DNA of 64,000 nt, taken from Cycas panzhihuaensis. Its lineage: Eukaryota > Plantae > Cycadophyta. Location: the NCBI GenBank assembly GCA_023213395.1, contig CM041465.1, positions 102,183,741 through 102,247,740 on the forward strand, read 5' to 3'. The position numbers and the translations under genes are program-made. The notes below the pieces were generated by a model, which searched no databases, was not told where the DNA came from, and worked only from the letters and a program-made list of their open reading frames with translations. Shown piece by piece: positions 13,620-26,400 of this stretch (position 1 is the stretch's first letter; the number at the start of each line of letters is the position of its first letter).

Positions 13620-14164
13620 TATATATTCTCCATCCTCTTTATCATCAAAAGATATAAGGCCCTTATCCTCTAAATTAGGTGATGGTAAATTAGTAATACC
13701 ATCATGCTTACATTCCTCGATGATGTCTTTAAGATATACATCTTAACCCATGAAAAGGCCCTTAGTGTAACCTTTGTCCTTATGAGATATAAATGAGATT
13801 CATTGCAATTATCCCATCCAATTGACCTCTCCTAGTAGAATGGGTAAATCCATATGTTCTTCACTACCTCCTAAAAGTTGATGAACTGACCACCTAAGAA
13901 ATTGATCAGTATGCTAAATGTTACAACTATGGCATCTCATACCTATAGTGTATCCATCAATATACCAAGTCCTTCAAACTCTTATCATATAAAGCCCTAG
14001 GAGTTTAGAATATTCCCTATTCATAAATAAATATTTTAAATTATACTATGATAATTAAAACAACCTATCTTGTGCCATAAATATCCTTCACCATTTGTAG
14101 AAACATAGTTATAACCTTTACATCTATATTAGAAGCCATCTTTTTCATCCTCCTTGTATCATAC
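13620..14164 (-). pseudogene. hAT transposase, C-terminal part including the dimerisation domain (decayed)
   Basis: Minus translation WIHYRYEMP*L*HLAY*SIS*VVSSSTFRR**RTYGFTHSTRR resembles WWxxYGxxxPxLxxLAxxxLSQxxSSSxCERxWSTYxFIHSxRR. Confidence 0.75.
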
Positions 14165-16026
14165 AATGATAACCTAATACACTAATGGTGTAAAATAATA
14201 AATAATTTTTTCTTCTCTTTTCATTTTTTGATACCGAGGATATTACCTTCTCAAGATTATTTAAGCTCAATCACCAAAATAATGATAATAATAATAATAT
14301 ATAATGAACCACGGGACTAGCAAGTTATATACTAAGCTAACAATCTGAGGGTTTTAGAATATTGATCACACTATGTAACACTAGTATGCATATGCTTTAT
14401 TCTTCATAATAGGATTCAAACATATAACTCAAGTATAAATTTCTACATATTTAGTATAATCTTGATATTTAATTTATAATTTTTATAGAATATTTACATA
14501 AAATCAAGATAGAATAAGCTTATTTTTAAGTGGAGAAACTAAATTACTCAAAGGTATTCACCACCCATCCATTTAGAAACTCCATATAAGAATCTACACC
14601 TAAGTCGAGGCATGTGATATGAATGTTAGGGTACTTCCTTCTGATTTTTCACTTGTGACTCAAATCCCAATTTAACATCTTAACCCACTAACTTATTACT
14701 ATCAACTAAATTATGACTTAGTGTAAAACTTAAAGGTTTATATGATGGTATCACATAATATCTAACTTCTTCTTATGCTAATATGTTAGAACTAAAATCA
14801 ATGGAAACTTATACATATGATTTAGACTAAATCATTGATGTATGATTCAAGATTAATCATCATCATATATTACTAATGCATGATCATATACCAAGCCATC
14901 AATATGTGTAAGATCAATGTAGGGCCCCAAACTGAGTTGCTATTACAAGACACACTATATATGTTTCCTTGCCATAGAAGAAGTTCCTACATATTGAGCA
15001 CATGAGCAACTGATATACTCATAATTCTTTTCAATAAAGCATCCACCTATAATAATATCATACCCTTTCTAATAATATAAATTTTATTATAGCTAGCATA
15101 AGGGAAATCAACAATGAAAAGGTAAGTGTTACCCAATCACAAATCTCCACTAGATTCCACTCTATAATACAATCTGTTCTTAGCAATTCTTTATATTCTC
15201 CCTTCCTTGAATGTATTTTTCCCTTCTTAGAAAAGAATAAAAGCTTCCTTTTAAATATGCTCTTCCTCCTTCCCCCAAAAAATGAAAATTGTCTCTCTTT
15301 TAAGGATGAAAAAGTCATAAAAAAAAGTCTTCCCAAAATAAATGAAGATTCCTCTAAAGTAAGTGAAATGATACTAAAGTTCATACTAGTTTGAAAGTAA
15401 GATTTTCTTTTCCCTATAAGACTTCTATCATTAATGAAGATTCCCTCTAAAGTAAATGAAATAATACTATAGTCCATACTAGTTTGAAAGTAAGGCTTTC
15501 TTTTTCTACACAAGGCTCTTATTATTAATACTAGCCTAAAGAAGACTTTATTTTCCCCTACAAGACTCATATCCTTAATACTAGCCCAAAAGTAAGACTT
15601 TCTTTCTTTCTACAAGTCTCTTATTATTAAATAAGAACATAAAAGTTATAACTTCTAGAATTTACCCCTAAAGAATTTCCCCTCTAATTCATATCATATG
15701 TCCTCTTTTATTTACTTTATTTTACTGAGTAATTTAGTTATATTTATTTAGTAGACTTTGTATTTACATCATTTATAATATATATGTATGTAGACCCTAA
15801 AATGTTTGTATGTGTATAATATGTGTATATAAACTTACCAACTTTGAGGTTATATAACACTATATTCTAATATAAACTATGAACTAAAATACATCTTGCA
15901 CACTTGATTAGGCTTTTAATTAGCTCTTATTTATATCAAAGGATGATTACATAAAAATACTAAGTGAAAACATAATAAAAGAATATATAATGCAACATTT
16001 ATAATAGATACAAATGGGGTATTATA
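14165..16026 (-). repeat. 3' LTR of the Tekay-like element
   Basis: Colinear with 41304-43246; ends GGGGTATTATA versus GAGGTATTACA. Confidence 0.9.
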
Positions 16027-16314
16027 TCTATTCCCCCTCAAAAGAAGCATCGACCCTGATGTGACCATGCCCTATGAAAAGGTATGTGTATTATTGTTGT
16101 ATATTCTATGCAAGATCCCAAGTGGATTAATCAAATTCTATATAATTTCATTAGGCCTTTACCTACTTTATGGATTGGTTTTGCAACATCTTTACCCTTC
16201 GATCTAATATTTTTATGGGTTCTACTTATAGTTCTTGTTGACTTATAGATTCCACCCTTGTGAGATCAATACACTTATTAAGGTTACACCGCGCTATAGT
16301 CTAGTCCAGGATAC

Positions 16315-17068
16315 TGTCAACATGGTCATTCACATACATTCCACATATATTTCATAGAATTACACCACAACAAAGACACAACAAAGATGTAAATTAATAC
16401 ATACTCAGTAATTCATCATCACAACACAAAGAATACACCATTTTCCATGTAACTCTTCCTTTTATTAAGTCAACAGTTTAATTACACAGAGGCTGGAATG
16501 CATTCCTGAGTATTCTAGCAACATACATTCCTTCTGTTACATATGCATACCCAGGTGGTACTTATCATACAATGTTGCTCCAACTGGCTGTCATACGTAC
16601 TGGCTCATGCACCTTTGCATACCTGTGATAATCAGCTCTCACCCTAACCTGGTGAATCATGCATACCTCCTTAAGTACTCATGTTGGTACCTTTTAGCTG
16701 AAGGGTTATGACTGCCTGTTATAATTGTACCCCTTCAGTCATATGTACCCTTTCATTAATCACTTGTTAGGCACTTAATTAATGACTTTTCATATCCGTA
16801 TGTCCGCACGTACGTCTGGCAGCTCAATAGGTCTTCACTGGTCCCTTTGAGTCATGCGTATCGCTTTCGCTCGGTTTTGTTCTGCTATTGGTACGTATCT
16901 GTCATGCGTACCCGTTCCAGGTACGCACCTGTTATACATACCCAGAATGCTAATTTCTCTATTGTTTTGCCTTATGCATACCTCCGTACGGTTCGTACCT
17001 ACATAACTCAGGTTATCTGACCTACCTGTGGTCTTCACACAACCATTGGATCACTTTAGACTCCAACA
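16315..17068 (-). repeat. 3' LTR of the non-chromoviral element (left boundary uncertain, 16288-16315)
   Basis: TGTCAACA...CTCCAACA termini; last ~135 bp repeated at 23421-23555. Confidence 0.7.
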
Positions 17069-17129
17069 TCTATCCTGGGTCAACATTTATGGGTTTGATC
17101 ATCCTTACTCAACAAAACTCTAAAAATTT

Positions 17130-18292
17130 AAAATTTCGGGGTATCCCTCCCCCGCTCTGTCTCAAGGCGGCTCCTGCTGCCTCTGTCCTCCTAAAATTTT
17201 CTCATTTATCTATGTCAGGGTGGCAATAATAGCATCATTCTCTTTTATTTTGTCTTGAAGGGCAGCTGTCTCAGCTTTATACCCTTCCTCCATTTCCTGA
17301 ATCATTTGAATTATAGGTCCCGCTTTATCCTGTGGTGTAGGAGGTGCTGAAGGTTTCCCTGCCTCCATTGCTAGTGAAAAGTCTTCCCATTCTTCCCAGG
17401 ATGTTTCTACTTCTTCTTCCTCCTCCTTTGACTCTCCTTCTCCCTTCTTCATTTTTCCTCATCTACGGGCAACCTGTTTTGTCCAAAGGGGAAAGGATAT
17501 TCTTGGTGTCTTCTGTAGCCAGGTAAGTACCTTTTCCATTTGTTTTTGTACTATCCTCTTTGCTTCCAGACTAGTCACTATGTCTGGAAATTCTACTGCC
17601 CACTGTTTGATAATTGGCTCCCGAGGAGAGATAGTAGTCCTGGTCAGCTGTACCTCTAGACATTGGTAGAATAGAATTGCCAAAAGCAATGAAGGATGGC
17701 GGAATGCGTGTGTCCTAATCTCCTGTAGCTGCTGCTTCATATTTTCTACCAAAAATCCAGACCAATTCATCTTTTCCCCATCTCGAATCTTCAATAACAC
17801 CTGCATCATGCCTCCCTGAATGTAGGTATACTTTCTCTTGGGCAGAAATATAGAATTGATTACTTTAGCCACCCACTGAAGTCTAACATCCATGATGTCT
17901 GCTACCCTGATTCCGTCAGACATAATCTGAGTATTAGGTTGGCATAATTCTTGCAACCACATTTCCCGGTCTACTTCTGACCTTTTTGTTCGCAGTGGAA
18001 CCTCTCCTTCCTTGGGAAGTCTGGTAATAGTATGGACTATGTCTGCGTCCATTTTGGCCTTCCTACTATCCTCCTTCAGGGCCATTAGGATTTGGTCCAT
18101 GAGTTCCAGGTCATAGTACATAGGGTTACAATAGATGTAATCTCCCCAGCCTGCTTGCTTAACTTTGGCCTGAAATGGAGCTGGTAGGGCTTGTAGCTCT
18201 TGCTTGAGCTTCGGTATGTAGGCCTCCTGGCATCCTGCTGTCCTCATGATGGCTGTGGAGTCCCAGAGATAAGAAAGAACTTGAGCATACAA
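17130..18292 (-). CDS. Extra sense ORF between integrase and 3' LTR (env-like position), function unknown; frameshift near 17460
   Basis: 277-aa open frame (ITRLPKEGEVP, KMNWSGFLVENMKQQL, AFRHPSLLLAILF) followed by an acidic/coiled-coil tail in 17210-17452. Confidence 0.7.
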
Positions 18293-18499
18293 TTAGAACC
18301 GTGCGTACGTACCTCTGAAGAATGCTTGCTGTTTTTATGTCCCTGCGTATTGTGATGCGTACCAGAGCAACTCTTTGCGTGCCGCACCATACAGATGCAT
18401 TGCGAAATTTTTGGAGTCCGTTCTGCTCTACGTACTGCACAGGAATGCTTGTCGGTACGTAATGATTTGTCGTTTTGCGGCTTTTTGTCTTATATGTGC

Positions 18500-18840
18500 C
18501 CTTGGTACGTATAGTGTTAATAGTTTCCATTATATGTACTCGATTACGTACTTTCTTTGGTACATATAATATAACGAATCACTTAAGTGAAGTTTCTACA
18601 GTGCATACCCGACTATGTACTTTTTTTGGTACGTATAATGTAATTAAGCCACTTAAAATCTGTTACACTGTGTGTACCTGCCTACATACTTTTCAAGTAT
18701 GTATAGTGTAATTCCAAGTTATTTTTTTAAACTGTGCGTACTTTAGTATATTCCCTTGGTACATATAGTGTATTTTTTTAATTTTTATCACTTTTTCAAC
18801 TGTACGTACCTAGTAACATACCTTTTTGGTAATGATATCG
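18500..18840. repeat. Degenerate tandem array, about 6 units of 55-70 bp, GTAC-rich
   Basis: TTGGTAC(G/A)TATA(G/A)T-like cores at about 18502, 18557, 18626, 18694, 18756 and 18826. Confidence 0.7.
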
Positions 18841-19079
18841 CATTTTGCACTGTATCGTTGAATTTCCCTCTGATTTTTTCAGATTATGCTGCTGTTACTT
18901 ATATCAGTAATGAGTTATGGTTATTTTTTATTTTTTTCCAATTTTTTTTTTCCTTTTTGTATCCATACCGAACTGGATCATGGCTCAGTATCAAGGCAGT
19001 TGATTATGCCTCAATGTCATACAATATGATATGGTATAACCAACTGATTCTACTGGTAGGCTGGGCTACTCGATATAAG

Positions 19080-20780
19080 GCTTGAGTCTGCTACCGTTTA
19101 CTCGAGTTGGTAGCAGAGGTCTGTCGATCTCTCTAAGCTGCACCGATCCATTATCAAAGATTCGTTCTGCGATGTATGGTCCTAACCATCACATCTTGAG
19201 TTTTCCAGGGTGCGTTTTGAATTTGCTGTCGTACAACAACACTTGATCACCTTCGTTAAATTGAGGTTTCCGTAGATGGTGGTCGTGTCATGTTTTTTGT
19301 CACCGCTTTTCCACATGTTGCAACCAGTTTGCTAAGTGTCGTTTCTCTTCTAGTTGCACTAAGTCTTCCAGTCGTCGTTTTAAAGACTGGAGGTCGTCTA
19401 ATCGACATTGTATAGCCACTCATAAATTGGGTATCTCAAATTCTGTCGGGAGAATGGATTCTGTATCATACACAAGCTGGAATGGGGTTTGTCCGATTGA
19501 CCTCTTGTATGTTGTTCGAAATACCCATAGCACGGATGGTAACTTCTCAGCCCAATCAGATCTGTCGATGTCACATATTTTCTGCAAGCAATTCTCGATT
19601 ATCTTATTTGAGCTCTCTGCTTGACCATTGGCTCTCAGGTAGTATGGAGTTGATTTCCGATGGCTAATCATAAAGGCAGATGTCAACGTTTCGATAGTTT
19701 GATTAAGGAAGTGGGCGCCTTGATCACTCACGATCTCCAAGGGGCATCCAAATCGCATAATCACTACCTCATACAGAAATCTCGTTGTGCTTTCTACATC
19801 GGCTTTCTGTAATGCGTGCGCTTCCACCCACTTTATTGTGTAGTCGGTTGCCACCAAGATGTACCGAGCTTTCGATCTACGCGCCACTGGTTTGATTGGC
19901 CCCACAAAGTCGAGCCCCCATCTCTCGAACGGTGCCAAAGATAATATGGGATGTAAGGGTTGGAAATCCTATCAATTAGGTTTCCCCACCCGTTGGCAAT
20001 AGTTACATGATTAAATCCACTTTTTGACATCTTCGAACATAGATGGCCACCAGAATCCAGATGTTAAGATCTTCCGCCATGTGGCCACCTGCTACTCCTT
20101 CATGCGCCTGTGACATGATCTGGTTTATCTAATGCTATCGAATACAATGTCGTAATACATCATCTGGCCCCAATTTGTATAACTCTCTGCTAATGAGTTG
20201 ATACAGTTCTGCTTTTCTGATAAAATTCCTTTTCCCTGTACGATCTAACTCAGCTGGTACTTCTCCGGTCGCTAGATATTCTAGTATTCCCTCATACCAG
20301 TCCATTGGGCCCTTCCATCTTGAGTCAGATCGGAAAATCATCTGGCACCCCAATGGCTTTTTCTCCATTTTTTATTCTCGACAACTGATCGGGAATGATA
20401 TGAGCTTTTCTAGGTTTCATAATGATTTTGAAAGAAAATTCTTGAAACAACATCAACCATCTACTGATTCTCTCCTGCGTAATTGGTTTATTCACCAAAT
20501 ACATTAGCGCTTGGTGATCAATGAAAAACAAGAATGGATTTGATAGCAAATAGTGTCGAAACTTTTGCAATACATAAACCATGCCGAGTGCTTCTCTCTC
20601 TGTCTTTGTATAATTTTGCTTGGCTCTCGTCAGTTTTTGACTGGCGAAGTAGATTAGATGATCTGTTTTATCGTCACTGGGTTGTGCTAATACGCATCCA
20701 ATAGCATATTGCGATGCATCCACATGCACGTGAAAAGTTTTCTTCTAATCTGGGAATCGCAGTATAGGCGCTGCTACAAT
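19080..20780 (-). pseudogene. Gypsy RNase H and integrase
   Basis: APILRFPD, HVDASQYAIGCVLAQ, EREALGMVYVLQKFRHYLL, PFERWGLDFVGPI, IVSDQGAHF, ANGQAESSNK, WLGPY. Confidence 0.93.
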
Positions 20781-20883
20781 GGCTTATTTCTACCTCAGGA
20801 CCCACGCTTAAAGTAGATGGGATGTCAGGATTATTATTAACTAAAAAAAAACTACGAAAATTATCAGGTAAACTACGGGTTTA

Positions 20884-23491
20884 TTAGTCTAGGTTATTGT
20901 CAATTCTTAAATTATCGTCAATCAGCATATACTCAAAAGAATCTGAATTATTATCAATGTTTGTAGATACACATTTAGATAGAAAATTACATCTATAAGA
21001 AGAAGAGTTTACTTCATATGCATCCTGTAGCCAATAATCCACGAACCTTATACCGTGTTCGTCGTCAGAAGAGCTGTATATCTCCTCAAAATCTGTCGGT
21101 TCTTCTCGTTGGTGATTGTTTGATGTGGTAGGCTCTTCTATTGTATGGTAGATATGTTCTTCCCCAATGGAAGAGAATGTTATGTCACTCGTTACTGTTG
21201 CGCTGGATCCTTCATCTGGAATCATTTCAATCGAGCTTCTTCCCAGCATTGGCAATACCACTTTGTTACCGCTGTCTAATAGAGTGAAGGTTACATTTTT
21301 CCAATTCTGAAGGCATTGCATTTTATACAACCATGGCCTTCCCAAAAGTGCTGGATAGGGTGTTGCTCCTTTTTCTGTTTCCACAATCATGAAGTCAATT
21401 CATACCACTATCCCTGCCACAGCTACTTTGATGTTGGCTAGTCTGCCCATGGGTCGTACCAATAGTTCATTAGCTAATTTCAGCGAATAGGTCACTGCTT
21501 CTAGCTTCGGGCTTCCCAATGTATGCCATGTTGCAACTGGTAACACACTCACTGTTGCGCCTCTATCAACAATTACCCATGGGAATGTTTCCTTCAAGAC
21601 TGTCATGGTTACCATCGGATCCATATCGAACGATAGTATGATTTGCTTTAAACTCTTGGTGATTCCCCTTTGCAAAACTCCTCCTTTGATCCAATCAATA
21701 ACTTGGCACAGAGGAATAGTCAATTAAAGCTGTTTTACCAAATTTTCCATTAATAGTAACATTTTGGGAATATCCTCTGCTGGCAATCCCTTAAAAAGCT
21801 CTTCTATTTGCACCATTTGGGGTTTCGCCTTAGGTTCTTCCGATAAATTTTCTTGTTCATTTTGTTTATTCTTCTAGACATAGACGTATTTAGTTTCCAG
21901 TTTACCCATTGGTAATGCATTCTCCTCCCGGACTAGGCTATCCAATACTTGTTTTACTTTTCTATATCGATCCATTTCTGTCGGTGGATCCAGATATCCT
22001 TCATTTGATTTTTCTTTCTGTTTGTTTTGTAACTTGACATTTTTTGTTTCTGGTATGATTGTCATCAAGTTGGTTGCTTTAGCTTCCCCTTTATAATCTT
22101 CTATTTTGTGGTCACTTGGGCCTGATTACTATCTGACGCCTCATTCGTATTCACCTTTGTTGGGCATTCTGACTTCCAGTGCCTAAACTGTAGACAAATG
22201 AGGCATCTACCCATTGGCGGTTTTTTCTTCGAGGGTTTTGGTACACCCTTCGTTGTATATACATTTCGAGGTGGGTTGCCTCCCATTCCCCGACCTCGTC
22301 CTCTGAATGCTTTTCCCCTGGGATTGTAGAAACAATCCTTAGTTGTATATATGTCAATGTCACATATATGGCACCATTTCTCTTGTTGGTGCAACACACT
22401 GTTTTTTAAATTAAAGTCACATTCCCTGGTGGTATGTGAGTTCTCTTCGCAAATGTGGCACCACTTGGTTATTCTTCTGACGTGCTCTTTCTTTTTTGGT
22501 GTTTCCTCTTCTTCTCGGTTATTTCTAATTTTCAATCTGGCCACCTCTTTTCTTAATGCCTCCAACTCCGATTCCTCTTCTGCTACCCCTACACGGAAGT
22601 ATGGTTGTCTTGAATTTTACTTTAATTCTCTAATTTTGTCCTGTAATCTCAACAGTAAGGAATCTTGTCCTCTCGCCTGTGCGTCCATTTCTATTTCAAA
22701 ATCTAATGCTAGGTCTTGAGCATTATTAAATGATTTTAGTGGATGAGCATGCATCATGGCTCGTAATTTCTCATTCAACCCTCTTACAAAATAATTCTTC
22801 ATATTGTGATCTGTTATTGTCTCGTTGATCATGCTAGCTGCAATAATTTTCATTCTGCTAATGTAAGTTAGGACGGATTCTCCTGGCCTTTGTTTGATCT
22901 CTCTTAACGCGATCTCTACTGCTTCATTACTGCGAAATTTCTGAAATCTTTCTTCGAATGCCTTTTTAAGCTTTGCCCATGGCTCATTCTTATTTGTTTC
23001 CTTGTACGACGCCAAGGGTACTCCTCTAATGTATAGGCGAATCATGCTTTAATTTCGTCTTCATCTGTAATCTTTTTTATATCAATAAGACTTTGAAATA
23101 GATACACATGCTCTGTTGCATCTAAATTATCATTAAAGATTAGTTTCCCAAAGTCTCTATAGTCATCCATTTTGGGAGATTGTGACTGTCCCCCACTTGA
23201 TAGTGATTTTTCCTTTCTCCCCTCCTTCGGGGATGCACTGGGAGTGCCTACCGCTGTACTATCTTTCCCAAACAGCGGATTCTTGAATGGAGTTTTAATG
23301 TGTATGGGTTCCACTACACCTGGAACTTGTATAGTCAATGGTGTTACCGTAATATAAGATTGATCAGATCCCCTTTCTGTCGAATCTTCGAAACGCTGTC
23401 TCATTAGCTTATTCTCCCAATATGCCCTTAAGGATGCTGATTTCTCTGTCGTTTTGTCTCGTGCATACCTTTGAATGGTCCGTACCTGCAC
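20884..23491 (-). pseudogene. Gypsy gag (three zinc-knuckle-like motifs) and aspartic protease
   Basis: IKQRPGESVLTYISRM, YFVRGL, CHICEENSHTTREC, CHICDIDIYTTKDC, CLICLQFRHWKSEC, VIVDRGATVSVLP, YPALLGRPWL. Confidence 0.9.
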
Positions 23492-26400
23492 AACTCAGGT
23501 TATCTGACCTACCTCTGGTCCTCACATAGCCATTGGATCACTTTAGACTCTAACAGTTATACTCTAGGTTTGACTTGAATAATTGATTAATTAATAATAT
23601 AATTAGGATTATGTATATATTTCTTTAATAATAAAATATAAAAACCATTGTACATATTCAAACTAGGTGGCAATGAAAGCCTATATATAACTAATCTTAT
23701 TCTCTCTAAGATTTTAAATAGGTTAAAATATCTTGATATTTATTTTCTATATCTCCCCAACTTCAAGGAACTTTACTTTTGTTTTACTCCAAGAAATACA
23801 TAGTCCCTAATCTGACTTCCTTTACTCTTCCTTTTATTTTTATATAAACTTTCTATTGATCTTAAGCTAGCTTCAAATGCTTTATGATCTTAGTAACTCA
23901 TTCTTCTATTTCTTGTAATGTTTCTAGTTCAATTGTAAGTTAATCTTCTAAGTTATACCAGCTTAATAATGTATTACACCTATACCTAATCAATGCTTTA
24001 AATGGGATCATGCCTAAGAATGCATGTTGGCTATTGTTATAAGTAAATCCTACTATATATAAGCAGTCTTTTCATATTTATGGTTATTCTATCATAAACA
24101 TCTTAAGCATGTCCTGAAGTACTTGGTTAACTCATTCAATTTGCCTATTTGATTTTGGATAGTAAGCAATGTTGAAGTTTAATTTAGTTCTTAATGATTT
24201 AAATAATGTGTACTAAAAATTAAATATGAACTTTGCATCTAAATTTGAAAAGATTTCTTTTGGTATTCTGTGTTATCGTACTCCATTCTTCATGGAGATT
24301 TCTATTATGTTAATTGTTTTATGTGTTGATTTCATGAGCATAAAGTTTGTTGAATTCATTATCTTGTCCACTATTACCATAATGGAATCTTTTTTTTCTT
24401 ACACCTTTGGAAAGGTATGTAATGAAATCCATGTAAATTACCTACCATTTCTATTTTTGGGTCTCTAAAGGTTGTAGTAATCTTGTAGAGTGTTAATGCT
24501 CTACCTTGACCTTCTAACATTATAAATGATAAACAACATAAGCCATTACATCCTTCTTTATACTTGGATTAAAAAAATCTTTTTTTATATCTACAAGATT
24601 CTTCTAATATCCTAGATGACCTTCATAGGGAACATTATGAGATACCTCTATAACTAATGCTGATGTTAAAACATCATTTGGAACATAGATTTAATATTGG
24701 AATATAAGTAGTCTATCATCTAAAATATGATAGTCCTTATATGTCAATCTTACATCTACTTGTTCATTTTAGGACTGGCTATTTACAAAGCCCTTCACCT
24801 CTCTATATAAGTTATCATTAAGTAATTTTGATATGATGGTATCCTTTAAGTATGGTTGAGCAATACTAATAGAAAAAACATAAACCAATATCAAGCTAAG
24901 TTGAGCTAGGCTAATTAAAGCAACACATCTTTTGCAACTTAACACACCCACAATCTTATTTTCCTTCCCTTTGACGTGCTTTATTTCAAAGTCATACTTT
25001 GATATGAACTCAATCTATCTCCTTTGTCTTGTATTCAACTGTGACTATGTGAAGAGATATCTCAAGTTGTCATGGTCATCTTTTAACTCAAACTTTTTTC
25101 CTAAAAGGTAATGTCTCTATATTTTTAATGCATGCACCATTGTGGCCAACTTTAAATCATGCATTAGGTAATTTATTTCATGATCCTTTAACTTTCATCA
25201 CTCATTTCTTATTATCCTACCATTCTACATTTAAACTCTACCAATTTCTTTTATACAAGCATAAATAGAAATGACATAATCTATGTTAAGATATGGTAAT
25301 ATAAGAATATCGGTAGTTGTAAGTAAAACCTTGAGCTTTTACAATCTTTCCTTATATTTGGTAGTCCACTCAAACTTTTTTTCCTTCTTTTGCAATGAAG
25401 TAATTAGAAATGTAATTCTAAAAAATCCTTCAATATATCTTTGATAATAACCTATAATCCTATAAAGACCCTTACCTCAAATACATTCCTTGATGTAGGC
25501 CACACCATAATATCATTGACCTTTTATGGATGAACACAGATTTTTTCTTTCAATATAATATGATTTAGATAGTATATGTATTCTTGATAAAATTTGCATT
25601 TATTCAACTTAACATGTAACTTATGCTCTCTCAAGAGTTGTAATACCATCCTTAAATGTTCTTATTGTTCTTCCTTTAACTTGGAATAAATTATAATTTC
25701 ATTGATAAAAATTATAATAAAATTATCCAAGTACTAATGAAACACACTATTCATCAAATACATAAATGTAATAGGAGCATTTGCCAAGACAAACAATAAC
25801 ATCATAAATTTATAATGCCTATACTTAATTTGAAATATTATTTTATATATGTCATTCTTTTTTATTTAGATACTTAACTTCCAATCAATTTTAAAAAATA
25901 CCATGGATCATTTCATTTAGTCGAATAGATCATCGATCCTCAAAAAATGATATCTATTCTTAATCATCACCTTATTTAGCTATTTACAGTTAATGCATCA
26001 TCATAAAATTATGTCCTTCTTGCTCATAAATAAAATATGTACTCTCCATAGTGTTACACTTAGTTGAATAATGTTTTTATTCAACAATTCTTATAACTAT
26101 ATCTTTAGTTATAATAGTTTTAGTGTAAACATATTGTATGGCACTCTAAAAATAGGTTCTACTCTTAGAAATAGTTCAATAACATAATCCACCTATCTTT
26201 CAAGTGGTAAACTAGGAAATTCTTCTAGAAATATATCAAAATTTTTTTATAATAATGGATAGTCTTCTAGTATAGCCCCCCATAGGCTACCTTCATTACT
26301 AGTAAAGGGTGCATAAACTTGGTAACCTTTTCATAAACTTGTCTTGACTTACATGGCTGAAATCTGTCTAATAGAGATAGGTGACTTTTTCCCTTGGATG

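Larger units (their letters stand above)
16288..23555 (-). mobile_element. Non-chromoviral Ty3/gypsy (Athila/Tat/Phygy-like): gag-PR-(no RT)-RH-INT-extra ORF, with truncated 5' LTR
   Basis: Terminal repeat 16937-17068 matches 23421-23555; candidate TSD GTTAC/GTTAT; domains listed below. Confidence 0.85.

Noticed and set aside
15058-15570. 170-aa ORF with an internal repeat
   Set aside because: It lies in the Tekay LTR and simply reflects the 93-bp VNTR; no equivalent ORF appears in the sister LTR
18500-18840. Repeat-spacer-like array resembling CRISPR
   Set aside because: Eukaryotic retroelement context, degenerate units, spacers related to each other, no cas genes
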